Assembly (NCBI GenBank): GCA_963662405.2
Contig: CAXXKT010000002.1
Coordinates: forward strand, 381,675-445,674
Direction: 5' to 3'
Source of the DNA: Syntrophales bacterium
GTDB taxonomy: Bacteria; Desulfobacterota; Syntrophia; Syntrophales; UBA2210
Length of the DNA stretch: 64,000 nucleotides
Below are positions 40,288 to 50,014 of this stretch, piece by piece (the stretch's first letter is position 1; the number at the start of each line of letters is the position of its first letter). The notes beneath the pieces were generated by a model. That model was not told where the DNA came from. It saw only the letters and a list, made by a program, of their open reading frames with translations, and searched no databases. Position numbers and translations under genes: made by a program.

Positions 40288-40356
40288 CAGGGGACGTCAC
40301 GAACAAAATAAAGGGATTCCCTTCATCACCCTTCCTCCTTTCGTGATCGTCCCCTG
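40288..40356 (+). other. Stem-loop downstream of degP with anti-SD/anti-AUG loop (terminator or 3'UTR sRNA candidate)
   Basis: 16-bp stem CAGGGGACGTCACGAA / TTCGTGA-T-CGTCCCCTG; loop contains TTCATCACCCTTCCTCCT. Confidence 0.5.
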
Positions 40357-40598
40357 TCGTGTCTTTCCTTAATTGCTTCCGGGCAACAATAATCAGACTC
40401 TCGGGAAGATTGATCACCACATCGGTTCGCGCCTCTCACCCTAGTCAAGCCCGGAAGCGGATGCAGTAAAAATGATGATCGGCCTTACCTTCACGGATAT
40501 GATCTGCAAATATATCCTTGTGCAGGTGACCGAAGATGTAGTAGTTTTTGAGAGGTTAATCCGTTGCATCGTATGCGAATCAAAAGGTTTCGGCATTT

Positions 40599-41942
40599 AT
40601 GGACAAAATCGAAAGACACGATATAATCCTCGACTCGATCACCGACGGTGTCTTTACGGTGGATCACCACTGGCGTATCACCTCCTTCAACAGGGCCGCT
40701 GAAAAGATAACGGGCGTACCGCGCGAAGAGGCCATCGGCCAGACATGCAAGGAGGTCCTCAAGGCCGACCTGTGTGAGGGAAACTGTCCACTCAGGCAGA
40801 CCATCGAGACCGGAGAACCGGTGCAGGATCGGATCGCCACTATCATCAATGCCGAAGGGGAACGCGCCCCCGTCAGCCTCTCAACCGCCCTTCTCCGGAA
40901 TGTCGGGGGGGAAACCGTCGGCGCCGTGGAGACCTTCCGGGATATCAGCCTCGTCGAAACGCTCCGAAAAAAGATCGAAAAGCAGTACACCTTCGAGGAT
41001 ATCATATCGAAAAATCACCGCATGTACGAACTCTTCACCATCCTCCCCGATGTGGCCGAGAGCGTGAGCACCGTCCTTATCGAAGGCGAGAGCGGAACGG
41101 GGAAGGAACTCTTTGCCCGGGCGATCCACAACCTGAGCCCGAGGAGTGACCGGCCCCTCGTTATCGTCAACTGCGGGGCCATGCCCGATACCCTGCTCGA
41201 ATCGGAGTTGTTCGGTTATAAGGCCGGTGCCTTCACCGACGCGAAACGTGACAAGCCGGGACGCTTCAGGCTTGCCGAGGGGGGAACGATATTCCTTGAC
41301 GAGATCGGCGATATCTCACCGGCCCTGCAGGTCCGGCTCCTGCGCGTCCTCCAGGAAAAAACCTACGAACCCCTCGGTGCGGTGAGAAGTGAACAGGCCG
41401 ATGTCCGCATTGTCGTCGCCACAAATCGTGATCTTCTCGACATGGTCCGTGAGGGCATCTTCAGGGAAGACCTTTACTACCGGATCAATGTCATCAGATT
41501 GGGACTCCCCCCTCTGAGGGAGCGTAAGGAGGATATTCCCCTTCTGGTCGACCACTTCATCAAGACCTTCGACTCCGTTCAGAACAAGGGGATCGAAGGG
41601 ATCTCAGATGAGGCGCTCGCCTGTCTCATGGCCTACGATTACCCCGGGAACATCCGGGAACTGGAGAATATTATCGAGCACGCCTTTATCCTGTGCAAAT
41701 CAAAAATAATCACCCCGTTACACCTCCCCGAGCCGATCCGCGGCCCTGAGACCCCCGGGTATCCGGAAGGGTTGGAGATGAAGACCCTCAAAGACGTGGA
41801 GGGTGCGTTTCTGCTCAACGCCCTGAAGAGAAACGGGTGGAACCGCCTGAAGACTGCCGAAGATCTGGGCATCCACAAGAGCACCCTCTTCCGGAAGATC
41901 AAGGCCCTGGGGATCGAAATCCCCACTAGAAAGCAGCCGTAA
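40599..41942 (+). CDS. PAS-domain sigma-54 activator (OrpR-like)
   Basis: PAS with Cys residues; GESGTGKE, GAFTDA, FLDEIG, PGNIRELEN, Fis-type HTH; sits upstream of the ORP cluster. Confidence 0.92.
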   Translation: MDKIERHDIILDSITDGVFTVDHHWRITSFNRAAEKITGVPREEAIGQTCKEVLKADLCEGNCPLRQTIETGEPVQDRIATIINAEGERAPVSLSTALLRNVGGETVGAVETFRDISLVETLRKKIEKQYTFEDIISKNHRMYELFTILPDVAESVSTVLIEGESGTGKELFARAIHNLSPRSDRPLVIVNCGAMPDTLLESELFGYKAGAFTDAKRDKPGRFRLAEGGTIFLDEIGDISPALQVRLLRVLQEKTYEPLGAVRSEQADVRIVVATNRDLLDMVREGIFREDLYYRINVIRLGLPPLRERKEDIPLLVDHFIKTFDSVQNKGIEGISDEALACLMAYDYPGNIRELENIIEHAFILCKSKIITPLHLPEPIRGPETPGYPEGLEMKTLKDVEGAFLLNALKRNGWNRLKTAEDLGIHKSTLFRKIKALGIEIPTRKQP

Positions 41943-41994
41943 TCCCTCCCCGGGATATTTCCCTCCGGGGAATCAGGGGCGCGAGGCGCTGAGA

Positions 41995-42132
41995 GTTGCA
42001 ATATTGCAACCTAACCCCAGGGCAACGGTCGCATCTTCGCGCCACCTTCAAGCTTCGCCCGACGAATCATCCTTTCAGGATATCGAATTTACACTCTTTT
42101 TTATTTATACTTTTCTTGGCATGGTTTGTGTT
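41995..42132 (+). promoter_or_regulatory. Enhancer sites and sigma-54 promoter of the ORP operon
   Basis: Perfect palindrome GTTGCAATATTGCAAC (41995); related site GTCGCATCTTCGCGCC (42028); AT tract; TGGCATG-N4-GTGT at 42117 (-12 element non-canonical). Confidence 0.55.
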
Positions 42133-42164
42133 AGGGAAGGAATGGTAGAGGAGGAGCCGGAAAG

Positions 42165-42581
42165 ATGAAGATTGCCGTGCCGGTATGGAACGACTCTGTT
42201 TCAACGGTCCTTGATTTTGCCGATTGCCTGCTGATCGCCGAATGCGAATCGGGGCGCGTCAACAATCGATCTATCGCCGGCCTGACCGGAACCGCGGGGG
42301 CGGAGAAAGTCGCTTGCTTGAAAAACCTTGACATCCGGGTCCTCCTCTGCGGGGCGGTATCGCGCCCCCTGGAACGGATGATCACGGCGGCGGGGATAGA
42401 AATTGTCCCCTTTTTGAGGGGACCGGTGGAAACCGTCCTCGATGCCTACCTCTCCGGGAACCTTGTCGAACCGGGGTTCATGCTGCCGGGGTGCCGACGG
42501 GGAGGATATGGTCACGGGAAAGGAATGGGACGCGGAAGGCACGGAGGCCGCGGCCGAGGCGGAAGGAGATGGGATACATGA
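42165..42581 (+). CDS. NifB/NifX-family (FeMo-co-binding fold) protein with RG-rich tail
   Basis: MKIAVP...VSTVLDFA...LLCGAVS; tail GMGRGRHGGRGRGGRRW. Confidence 0.82.
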   Translation: MKIAVPVWNDSVSTVLDFADCLLIAECESGRVNNRSIAGLTGTAGAEKVACLKNLDIRVLLCGAVSRPLERMITAAGIEIVPFLRGPVETVLDAYLSGNLVEPGFMLPGCRRGGYGHGKGMGRGRHGGRGRGGRRWDT

Positions 42582-42943
42582 AGATCGCAATCACCTCGTA
42601 CGGAGAAGACCTGGGGAGTAAGATGGACAAGAGTTTCGGCAGGGCGAAGTGGTTCGTCCTGGTGGACTCGGAGGCGGGCAACTGCGAGGCCCACTCCAAC
42701 AAACAGAATATTGACGCGGCGCAGGGGGCCGGGATTCAGGCCGCCCAGAATGTGGCAAACCTGGGAGCCGAGGCCGTCCTGACCGGGAATGTCGGCCCCA
42801 ACGCCTTCAGGGTACTCAGCGCCGCGGGTATCAGGATATTCATCGTGAAAGAAGATTACACGGTCGGAGAAGCCGTGCGGGAATGGAAGGAGGGAAACCT
42901 CCAGGAGACAACGGAATCAACGATCGAAGGACACTGGGTGTGA
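42578..42943 (+). CDS. NifB/NifX-family orange protein (ORP)-like
   Basis: MKIAIT...FGRA..F..VD...GAGIQAAQ...LTGNVGPNAF; ends EGHW. Confidence 0.9.
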   Translation: MKIAITSYGEDLGSKMDKSFGRAKWFVLVDSEAGNCEAHSNKQNIDAAQGAGIQAAQNVANLGAEAVLTGNVGPNAFRVLSAAGIRIFIVKEDYTVGEAVREWKEGNLQETTESTIEGHWV

Positions 42944-42977
42944 GGTCCCGTGCCTTCAATCAAAGGAGGTGACGGCA

Positions 42978-43283
42978 ATGCCGTGGGGAGATAGGACAGG
43001 TCCCATGGGGTACGGCCCGATGACGGGAAGGGGAGCAGGACTCTGCACCGGATATCCCACACCGGGATATATGAACCCCGGTTTTGGCGGACGATTCCGG
43101 AACACCGCCTTTACGGGTGTTCCCCAGGCAGTCTATCCGCCGATGGACGCCTATTATGGACCGGCACCGTATTATGGAGCAAACCCCTTTGGTTTTAACC
43201 ATTTCTACGGATTCGGCCGGAGAGCGGAGTTCGGAAGAGGCCGGTTCGGCCGGGGCCGCGGGGGCGGTCGCCGGTGGTGGTAA
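42978..43283 (+). CDS. DUF5320-type Gly/Arg/aromatic-rich protein 1
   Basis: RBS AAGGAGGT; MPWGDRTGPMGYGPMTGRGAGLC. Confidence 0.85.
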   Translation: MPWGDRTGPMGYGPMTGRGAGLCTGYPTPGYMNPGFGGRFRNTAFTGVPQAVYPPMDAYYGPAPYYGANPFGFNHFYGFGRRAEFGRGRFGRGRGGGRRWW

Positions 43284-43321
43284 ACCAGGCAAGAGAACAG
43301 GAATACAAGGAGATTATCATT

Positions 43322-43537
43322 ATGCCGAGAGGAGATGGAACCGGACCGCAGGGAGCAGGACCGCGAAGCGGACGTGGGCTGGGGCCCTGTGGAACGGGGA
43401 TGGAACAGACGGCGGAGAACGAACAGAAAGAAGGGTTTTTCCGGAGATTGGGAAGAGGGCTCGGGTTCGGCCGACTCGGCCAAGGGCGCGGCAGAGGCCG
43501 TGGCCAGGGACGGGGAACGGGTCGAAACCGCACCTAA
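43322..43537 (+). CDS. DUF5320-type Gly/Arg-rich protein 2
   Basis: RBS AAGGAG; MPRGDGTGPQGAGPRSGRGLGPC. Confidence 0.85.
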   Translation: MPRGDGTGPQGAGPRSGRGLGPCGTGMEQTAENEQKEGFFRRLGRGLGFGRLGQGRGRGRGQGRGTGRNRT

Positions 43538-43599
43538 CATACAGGACGCCGGCCCAATAGCGGCCGCGTGTGAACACATAAATCAAGGAGGTATCTATC

Positions 43600-43977
43600 A
43601 TGCCAGGTGGAGACAGGACGGGTCCCGGAGGAATGGGACCGATGACGGGAAGGAGTGCGGGTTTCTGTGCCGGATATCCGGCACCGGGATATGCCAATAC
43701 CGGGTTCGGCCGGGGGTTCGGGTTTGGCCGTGGCCGCGGGGGCGGCTGGGGTCGCCGCAACTGGTTCTCCGCGTCGGGCCTCCCCGGCTGGCAGCGTGCC
43801 GGCTATGGACAGCCCTTTTACGGAGGGGGGGCACCGTATTCACCGGCCCCCTATCCCTCCCCTTCCAGGGAAGATGAACTGAATGCCTTGAAGGGGCAGG
43901 CGGAATATCTGGAGGATTCCCTTGAGGGAATCAAACGACGTATGGAAGCGCTGGAAGCCGAGGTCAAGGACAAGTAA
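43600..43977 (+). CDS. DUF5320-type protein 3 with C-terminal coiled coil
   Basis: RBS AAGGAGGT; MPGGDRTGPGGMGPMTGRSAGFC...ELNALKGQAEYLEDSLEGIKRRMEAL. Confidence 0.88.
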   Translation: MPGGDRTGPGGMGPMTGRSAGFCAGYPAPGYANTGFGRGFGFGRGRGGGWGRRNWFSASGLPGWQRAGYGQPFYGGGAPYSPAPYPSPSREDELNALKGQAEYLEDSLEGIKRRMEALEAEVKDK

Positions 43978-44200
43978 CGGGGTAGAGCGACGGCAAAAAG
44001 CGCGTGTCTCGCGCACCGTTATACTCAGACCCCGATGTGCAACGCGAATGTCTCGAGTGAGCGTGTTTCCGGTCCCTCATATACCCCGTACCGGTGCTTT
44101 TCCCCGCGTCAGGCTTGCATTCCGAATATGGGATGCTTATGTTTAGGAGTAATATGCATAGAAATTGGATTTCATATTCTTCCAAGAGAGGTATTCAAAG

Positions 44201-44623
44201 ATGAAGATAGCAATAACGACAACAGGCCCGTCGCTGGATGGCCAGGTTGAGGCACGTTTCGGACGTGCCCCGTACTACCTGTTCGTCGATCCCGACACCA
44301 TGGAATACGAGGCCGTGCAGAACCCGAATGTCGCGGCGGGCGGTGGTGCCGGGATCCAGTCGGCACAGCTGATATCCGACCACGGCGCGACCGTGGTTCT
44401 GACCGGGAATTGCGGCCCTAATGCCTTCCAGGTCTTTGGCGCCGCCGGGATCAAGATTATTGTGGGTGTCGGCGGAATCGCCCGCCAGGCGGTGGAACAG
44501 TTTAAGGCGGGCACTCTCAAATCGGCGGATCAGCCCAATGTGGCGAGTCACTTCGGCATGGGTGGGGGTGGTGGTCGTGGCATGGGCGGCGGCCGGGGCC
44601 GCGGCATGGGAAGGAACAGATAA
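44201..44623 (+). CDS. NifB/NifX-family ORP-like protein with GMGGGRG tail
   Basis: RFGRAPYYLFVD, GGAGIQSAQ, TGNCGPNAF. Confidence 0.9.
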   Translation: MKIAITTTGPSLDGQVEARFGRAPYYLFVDPDTMEYEAVQNPNVAAGGGAGIQSAQLISDHGATVVLTGNCGPNAFQVFGAAGIKIIVGVGGIARQAVEQFKAGTLKSADQPNVASHFGMGGGGGRGMGGGRGRGMGRNR

Positions 44624-44625
44624 TC

Positions 44626-45513
44626 GTGAAACTGGCAGTCGCAAGCGGCAAGGGGGGCACGGGCAAGACCACGATCTCTACAAATCTGGGCCTCCTGTTG
44701 TCCGAAGGAGAAGCATCCATCAATCTCGTGGACTGCGACGTCGAGGAGCCGAACTGTCACATCTTTCTGGAGCCCCGGATCGAAAAGACGATACCGGTCA
44801 CGGTGGTAATCCCGGAGGTCATCGAAGAGCGCTGCACAGGGTGCGGCATCTGCAGGGATATCTGTGAATTCGGCGCCATCGCCGTGGTAAAGGGGAAGGT
44901 CCTCATCTTCCCCGAGCTCTGTCACAGCTGCGGGGCCTGCGCCCTTTTCTGTCCGGAAGACGCCTTCCGGGAAATCACCAGAGAGATCGGGGTCGTTGAA
45001 AAGGGAAGTACCGGGAAACTCCGGACAACCCACGGACTGCTCACCATCGGGGAACTCATGTCTCCGGCCGTGATCAACGGCGTCAAGGAAGCCGCCGATG
45101 GAGCCGACATTACCATCATCGATTCCCCGCCGGGCACCTCATGTCCCGTGATTGAGGCCGTTAAAGATGCCGACTGTATCCTCCTGGTAACCGAGCCGAC
45201 GCCTTTCGGCCTCAACGACCTAAAACTCGCCGTCGGGATGGTCCGGGAGCTGGGAATCCCCTTTGCCGTTGCAATCAATCGCTCGGGCATCGGAAATGAT
45301 GAGGTACGGGACTACTGTAACCGGGAAGGGATCGAGATCGTTCTCGAAATACCGGACGACCGGCGAATCGCCGAGGCCTACTCCCGTGGTGAAATGATCG
45401 TTCGTGCATTACCGGAATACCGAAACATCTTTGCGGTCGCCTGGACCCGTATCATGGAGCTTTATAACCACGCACGCCGGGCAGGGCACCGGGAAGGAAT
45501 AGCGGAAAGATAA
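44626..45513 (+). CDS. MinD-superfamily P-loop ATPase with inserted ferredoxin domain
   Basis: SGKGGTGKTT, DCDVEEPN, CTGCGIC and CHSCGAC, DSPPGTSCP. Confidence 0.92.
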   Translation: MKLAVASGKGGTGKTTISTNLGLLLSEGEASINLVDCDVEEPNCHIFLEPRIEKTIPVTVVIPEVIEERCTGCGICRDICEFGAIAVVKGKVLIFPELCHSCGACALFCPEDAFREITREIGVVEKGSTGKLRTTHGLLTIGELMSPAVINGVKEAADGADITIIDSPPGTSCPVIEAVKDADCILLVTEPTPFGLNDLKLAVGMVRELGIPFAVAINRSGIGNDEVRDYCNREGIEIVLEIPDDRRIAEAYSRGEMIVRALPEYRNIFAVAWTRIMELYNHARRAGHREGIAER

Positions 45514-45518
45514 TACAT

Positions 45519-46418
45519 ATGCCGAAGGAGATTATCGTTATCAGTGGAAAGGGAGGAACCGGGAAGACCAGTATCGTTGCTTCCTTCGCGGCCCTGGCGA
45601 ATAGAAAGGTCCTGGCGGACTGCGATGTGGACGCCGCCGACCTGCACCTTGTTCTCAATCCCGAAATCGAACGCCGTGAAGACTTCAGCGGCGGCAAAAA
45701 GGCGACCATACGAGCAGACGAGTGTATTGCCTGTGATCAGTGTATCGAGAAATGCCGTTTCGACGCGATCGGTTACCCGGCGAACGGATCGGATACGCCG
45801 CGTATCAATCCCATCTTCTGCGAGGGTTGCGGCGTGTGCGTTCGGATCTGTCCGGTAGAGGCAATTTCCCTCGATCCGGCGATCAACGGCGAATGGTACG
45901 TATCATCAACCCGTTACGGACCCATGGTCCACGCCAGGCTCGGTTTCGCGGAGGGAAACTCGGGAAAGCTGGTGACGCAGATCCGCCGTGAGGCCCGTGA
46001 CATCGCCGAGCGGGAGGAACTCGATTTCATCGTTGTCGACGGATCACCGGGGATCGGGTGCCCCGTCATCTCATCGATAACCGGGGCGGACCTTGTCCTG
46101 ATCATAACCGAGCCAACCCTCTCCGGGAAACACGATCTGATGCGGGTTGCCGGACTGACGGCCCACTTTCGCATCCCCACGATCGTCTGCATCAACAAGT
46201 GGGACCTGAACCCCCACATCACGGAACAGATCGAAGGTGAAGCGCGGGCATACGGGGTAAAACCCGTGGGGCGGATACGGTACGACGCCGCCATCACGGA
46301 GGCCCAGATCATGAAGACCACTGTCGTGGAATACACCGACGGGGCCGTCTCCGACGATATCAAGACCGTCTGGAACAATACGCTGGATACGCTCGGAGAG
46401 AAAGGATTGGCCCGGTGA
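45519..46418 (+). CDS. MinD-superfamily P-loop ATPase with inserted ferredoxin domain (second copy)
   Basis: SGKGGTGKTS, DCDVDAAD, CIACDQC and CEGCGVC, DGSPGIGCP. Confidence 0.92.
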   Translation: MPKEIIVISGKGGTGKTSIVASFAALANRKVLADCDVDAADLHLVLNPEIERREDFSGGKKATIRADECIACDQCIEKCRFDAIGYPANGSDTPRINPIFCEGCGVCVRICPVEAISLDPAINGEWYVSSTRYGPMVHARLGFAEGNSGKLVTQIRREARDIAEREELDFIVVDGSPGIGCPVISSITGADLVLIITEPTLSGKHDLMRVAGLTAHFRIPTIVCINKWDLNPHITEQIEGEARAYGVKPVGRIRYDAAITEAQIMKTTVVEYTDGAVSDDIKTVWNNTLDTLGEKGLAR

Positions 46419-47284
46419 AGATATATCTGGATTGCTTTCCCTGCTTTCTTCGGCAGGCGCTGGAGGCGGCGAGGATCTCGGGGGCCGACGAAGAGACGCA
46501 GAGGGCGGTCTTGAACCGCGTGATGATCACATTACTCGACATCTCTCGTCAAGAGACACCGCCTCAGATCGGTAGCATGATTCATGATACGATCAGAAAG
46601 GCGACCGGAAACAGCGATCCCTACCGCGAGATAAAGCGCCGTCACAATGAGCAGGTGCTCGGGATGGAAGAGGAGCTTGCCGCTCTCATTAATGAATCGA
46701 CCTCTCCCCTCTCCGACGGCCTCAAGCTGGCAGCGGCGGGGAACCTCATCGACATGGGCCCCCAGCGGAGGTGGAACGAGATACGGGAGATATTCCGAAA
46801 TTTCACGAAGAAGGATGTGACTCATTTCGATGATACCTCCTTTGAGGACGCCCTCGGCACAGCCGACACGCTCCTCTACCTCGGCGACAACGCCGGGGAG
46901 ATCGTCCTGGACAAGATCCTGATCGGGGTTCTCCAGCGGGAAACGAACCTGGATATTACCTACGTCGTGCGGGGCGGTCCCATTATCAACGATGCCACCA
47001 TGGAAGACGCGCGATTCGTCGGCATGACCGATCTTGTCAGGGTCATCGATACGGGGGTTTCATTTCCCGGCATCGTACCGGGGGCCTCTTCCGAGACATT
47101 TCTCGAAAGGTATACCGGGACCGACCTGATCCTCTCGAAGGGCCAGGGAAACTACGAATCGCTCAGCGACGAGGGGGGAAATATCTTCTTTCTCCTCAAG
47201 GCAAAGTGCCCCGTGATAGCGGAGAAGATCGGATGCGAGGTCGGGGATATCGTCCTGCAATCGTGTCAGGGCGTAAATCCTTAG
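46415..47284 (+). CDS. DUF89/ARMT1-like metal-dependent phosphatase
   Basis: CFPC, GNLID, DNAGE, IND, KGQGNYESL, KC. Confidence 0.9.
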   Translation: MKIYLDCFPCFLRQALEAARISGADEETQRAVLNRVMITLLDISRQETPPQIGSMIHDTIRKATGNSDPYREIKRRHNEQVLGMEEELAALINESTSPLSDGLKLAAAGNLIDMGPQRRWNEIREIFRNFTKKDVTHFDDTSFEDALGTADTLLYLGDNAGEIVLDKILIGVLQRETNLDITYVVRGGPIINDATMEDARFVGMTDLVRVIDTGVSFPGIVPGASSETFLERYTGTDLILSKGQGNYESLSDEGGNIFFLLKAKCPVIAEKIGCEVGDIVLQSCQGVNP

Positions 47285-47300
47285 CAGAGACAAGCTTGAT

Positions 47301-48236
47301 ATGAACCGGAAACCATACACCTTCGGTCCCGTACCGTCGCGTCGTCTCGGACGGTCACTGGGCGTTGACTTCGTCCCCTTCAAGACGTGCACCTACGACT
47401 GCATCTACTGCCAGCTCGGGAGGACCACCGTCAAGACGGTGGAGAGGAAGGAATACGCCCCCGTGAAAGCCGTGGTGAAGGAGGTGGAGGAGAGACTGAA
47501 AAAGATTTCCCCTCCCGACTATATCACCCTGTCCGGCTCGGGGGAACCGACACTCCACAGCCGCATCACCGATATCATTGCGGGGATCAAGCAGATCTCA
47601 GCCGTCCCCGTCGCTGTCCTCACGAACGGCTCTCTCCTGTGGCTCGACGAGGTGCGTGACGCGCTTTCCAACGCCGATCTCGTGATACCGTCTCTGGATG
47701 CGGGGAGAGAAGCGACGTTTGTGCGGGTCAACCGCCCCCATGGGGGCATCTCCTTTCATGATATGGTTGAAGGACTCCGTTCATTTCGGTATACATTCGG
47801 GGGGGCGGTATGGCTGGAGGTCTTCATCACCGGGGGCGTGACCGATTCAGAGGATGAAATTCTGAGATTGAAAACCCTGGTGAAACGGGTCGAGCCGGAG
47901 CGGATCCAGCTCAACACGGCGGTCCGGACCCCCGCGGAGGCATACGCGGGTCTGGTCCCACGAGAGAAGATGGAAAAAATTGCAACCTCTTTCGGATCGG
48001 AGTGCGAGGTGATCGCCGACTACTCGGGTGTGCACAATCACGGTGACTTTTCCTCGACCCGAGAAGAGGTCTTTGAACTGTTGCGATTGCGTCCTTGCTC
48101 CATAGATGATATATCGGCCGGGCTGGGGCTTCATCGGAATGAGGCGATCAAATACATCCAGGAGCTGATGGACAAAGAACTGATACGGATGGAGAAACGC
48201 CGGGGGAAACGGCTCTACTCCGAATATCGACCATAA
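47301..48236 (+). CDS. Radical SAM protein (TYW1-like Fe-S oxidoreductase group)
   Basis: FGPVPSRRLGRSLG, CTYDCIYC, GSGEPTL, TNGSL; C-terminal HTH-like segment. Confidence 0.9.
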   Translation: MNRKPYTFGPVPSRRLGRSLGVDFVPFKTCTYDCIYCQLGRTTVKTVERKEYAPVKAVVKEVEERLKKISPPDYITLSGSGEPTLHSRITDIIAGIKQISAVPVAVLTNGSLLWLDEVRDALSNADLVIPSLDAGREATFVRVNRPHGGISFHDMVEGLRSFRYTFGGAVWLEVFITGGVTDSEDEILRLKTLVKRVEPERIQLNTAVRTPAEAYAGLVPREKMEKIATSFGSECEVIADYSGVHNHGDFSSTREEVFELLRLRPCSIDDISAGLGLHRNEAIKYIQELMDKELIRMEKRRGKRLYSEYRP

Positions 48237-48259
48237 CAAATAGAAGGGGTATATGAATA

Positions 48260-49513
48260 ATGAGCACAAATAAAAGCAATTCTCCCGAGGGGCTGAATAC
48301 CGTCGATGAGAACAAGAAGGCCAGGGAAGCACAGGAGCAGAAGGCCCTCTCCGACCGCATGGGGAAGATACGACACAAGATCATGGTCCTCTCCGGCAAG
48401 GGAGGCGTGGGGAAGAGCACGGTGGCCGCCAATATCGCCGTATCGCTGGCGATGGAGGGAAACAAGGTCGGTCTCTTGGATACCGATTTTCATGGTCCAA
48501 GCATCCCGACACTCCTCAATCTTGAAGGCAGGCACCCGGAAAGCGACGGCACGGCGATCCTCCCCGTTGAATTCAGCGAAGGGCTCAAGGTGATGTCCAT
48601 CGGTTTTCTCCTCCCGAACAAGGACGACGCCGTTATCTGGAGGGGCCCGATGAAGATGGGGGTAATCAAACAGCTTCTCACCGAGGTGAACTGGGGGGAC
48701 CTTGATTATCTGATTATCGATTTTCCCCCGGGGACGGGGGATGAGCCGCTCTCGGTTGCCCAACTGATCCCGGGCGGGGACGGTGCCGTCATCGTGACTA
48801 CCCCGCAGACTCTCTCCGTCAATGATGTCCGGAAATGTATTAATTTCTGCCGGCAGGTCAATGTCCCCGTTCTGGGGGTGGTGGAGAACATGAGCGGACT
48901 TATCTGCCCCCACTGCAACGGGAGAATCGATATATTCAAAACGGGAGGAGGGAAAAAGATGTCAGCCGAAATGGGCGTCCCCTTCCTGGGGACCATCCCC
49001 ATCGACCCGCAGATCGTCGAGGCCTCCGACAGCGGAAAGCCCTTCGTCTATCATTTTGCCAAAAGTGAAGCCGCCACGGCATTCCGGGAGGTAATCAATC
49101 CCCTCCTGGCAATGAATCACGGCACCAGACCCGACACCGAACCCGCCATATCCGCACAAGAGGAGCGCAACGGAACGAAAGTGGCCATACCGGTCGTTGA
49201 AGGACGTCTTTCCCCCCACTTCGGCCACTGCGACGAATTTGCCATTTTTGATATTGATCCCGAAAATCAAAAGATTATCGGACGGGAAACGTCACCCGCT
49301 CCCCCCCACGAGCCCGGTCTTCTTCCCCGGTGGCTCGGCGAAAAGGGAGTAAATGTCATCATAGCGGGCGGCATGGGGGCACGTGCCCAGGAGCTTTTTG
49401 CAGAACGGGGGATTGCCGTCTCGGTGGGCGCTACTTCAGACGATCCCGAGAAAATCGTGACGGCATACATGAACAACGCCTTGGAGTTGGGCTCCAATAT
49501 TTGCGACCACTGA
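48260..49513 (+). CDS. Mrp/NBP35 (ApbC) Fe-S carrier fused to a NifX-like domain
   Basis: SGKGGVGKS, WRGP, DFPPGTGD, ENMS..CPHC; C-terminal HFGHC...GGMG...CDH. Confidence 0.93.
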   Translation: MSTNKSNSPEGLNTVDENKKAREAQEQKALSDRMGKIRHKIMVLSGKGGVGKSTVAANIAVSLAMEGNKVGLLDTDFHGPSIPTLLNLEGRHPESDGTAILPVEFSEGLKVMSIGFLLPNKDDAVIWRGPMKMGVIKQLLTEVNWGDLDYLIIDFPPGTGDEPLSVAQLIPGGDGAVIVTTPQTLSVNDVRKCINFCRQVNVPVLGVVENMSGLICPHCNGRIDIFKTGGGKKMSAEMGVPFLGTIPIDPQIVEASDSGKPFVYHFAKSEAATAFREVINPLLAMNHGTRPDTEPAISAQEERNGTKVAIPVVEGRLSPHFGHCDEFAIFDIDPENQKIIGRETSPAPPHEPGLLPRWLGEKGVNVIIAGGMGARAQELFAERGIAVSVGATSDDPEKIVTAYMNNALELGSNICDH

Positions 49514-49518
49514 GGAGC

Positions 49519-49992
49519 ATGATGAAAACCGACAGAGCAATTGAAGAGATCATGCTGGGGATGGTTCGTGAGAAGGCCATTGATATCTATTCGGAGACGA
49601 TGGTGGAATATGGTGTGAACCCGCCTAACTACGGTGCAATCACCGATCCTGACGGGTACGCGAAGATAACCGGTCCCTGCGGAGATACCGTCGAGATGTT
49701 TGTCCGGATGCGAAACGGTACCGTTGAGGAAGCAACCTTCAATACCGACGGGTGTATGTTCAGCATCGCCGCCTGCTCCGTCGCGGCCGAAATGGCGAAG
49801 GGGAAAACATTTTCCGGCTGTATCGGCGTCAATCAAAGCGCCATCCTGAAACGCCTGGAGAAGATGCCGGCGGATCACGAGCACTGCGCACTCCTGGCCG
49901 CCATGACCCTTCAAAAGGCTCTGAAACACTGTATCGACAAACAAAGGGAGGAAGAACAGGCAGAGAAAGAACCCATCGAAACGGCAGGATAA
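49519..49992 (+). CDS. IscU/NifU-N-type Fe-S scaffold
   Basis: NPPNYG, GPCGD, DGC, HEHCA (three Cys). Confidence 0.88.
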   Translation: MMKTDRAIEEIMLGMVREKAIDIYSETMVEYGVNPPNYGAITDPDGYAKITGPCGDTVEMFVRMRNGTVEEATFNTDGCMFSIAACSVAAEMAKGKTFSGCIGVNQSAILKRLEKMPADHEHCALLAAMTLQKALKHCIDKQREEEQAEKEPIETAG

Positions 49993-50014
49993 GACCCCGG
50001 AAAGGAGCGGAACC

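Noticed and set aside
43978..44200. 220-bp gap inside the ORP operon with small hairpins
   Set aside because: No credible ORF, promoter or strong structure could be defined.
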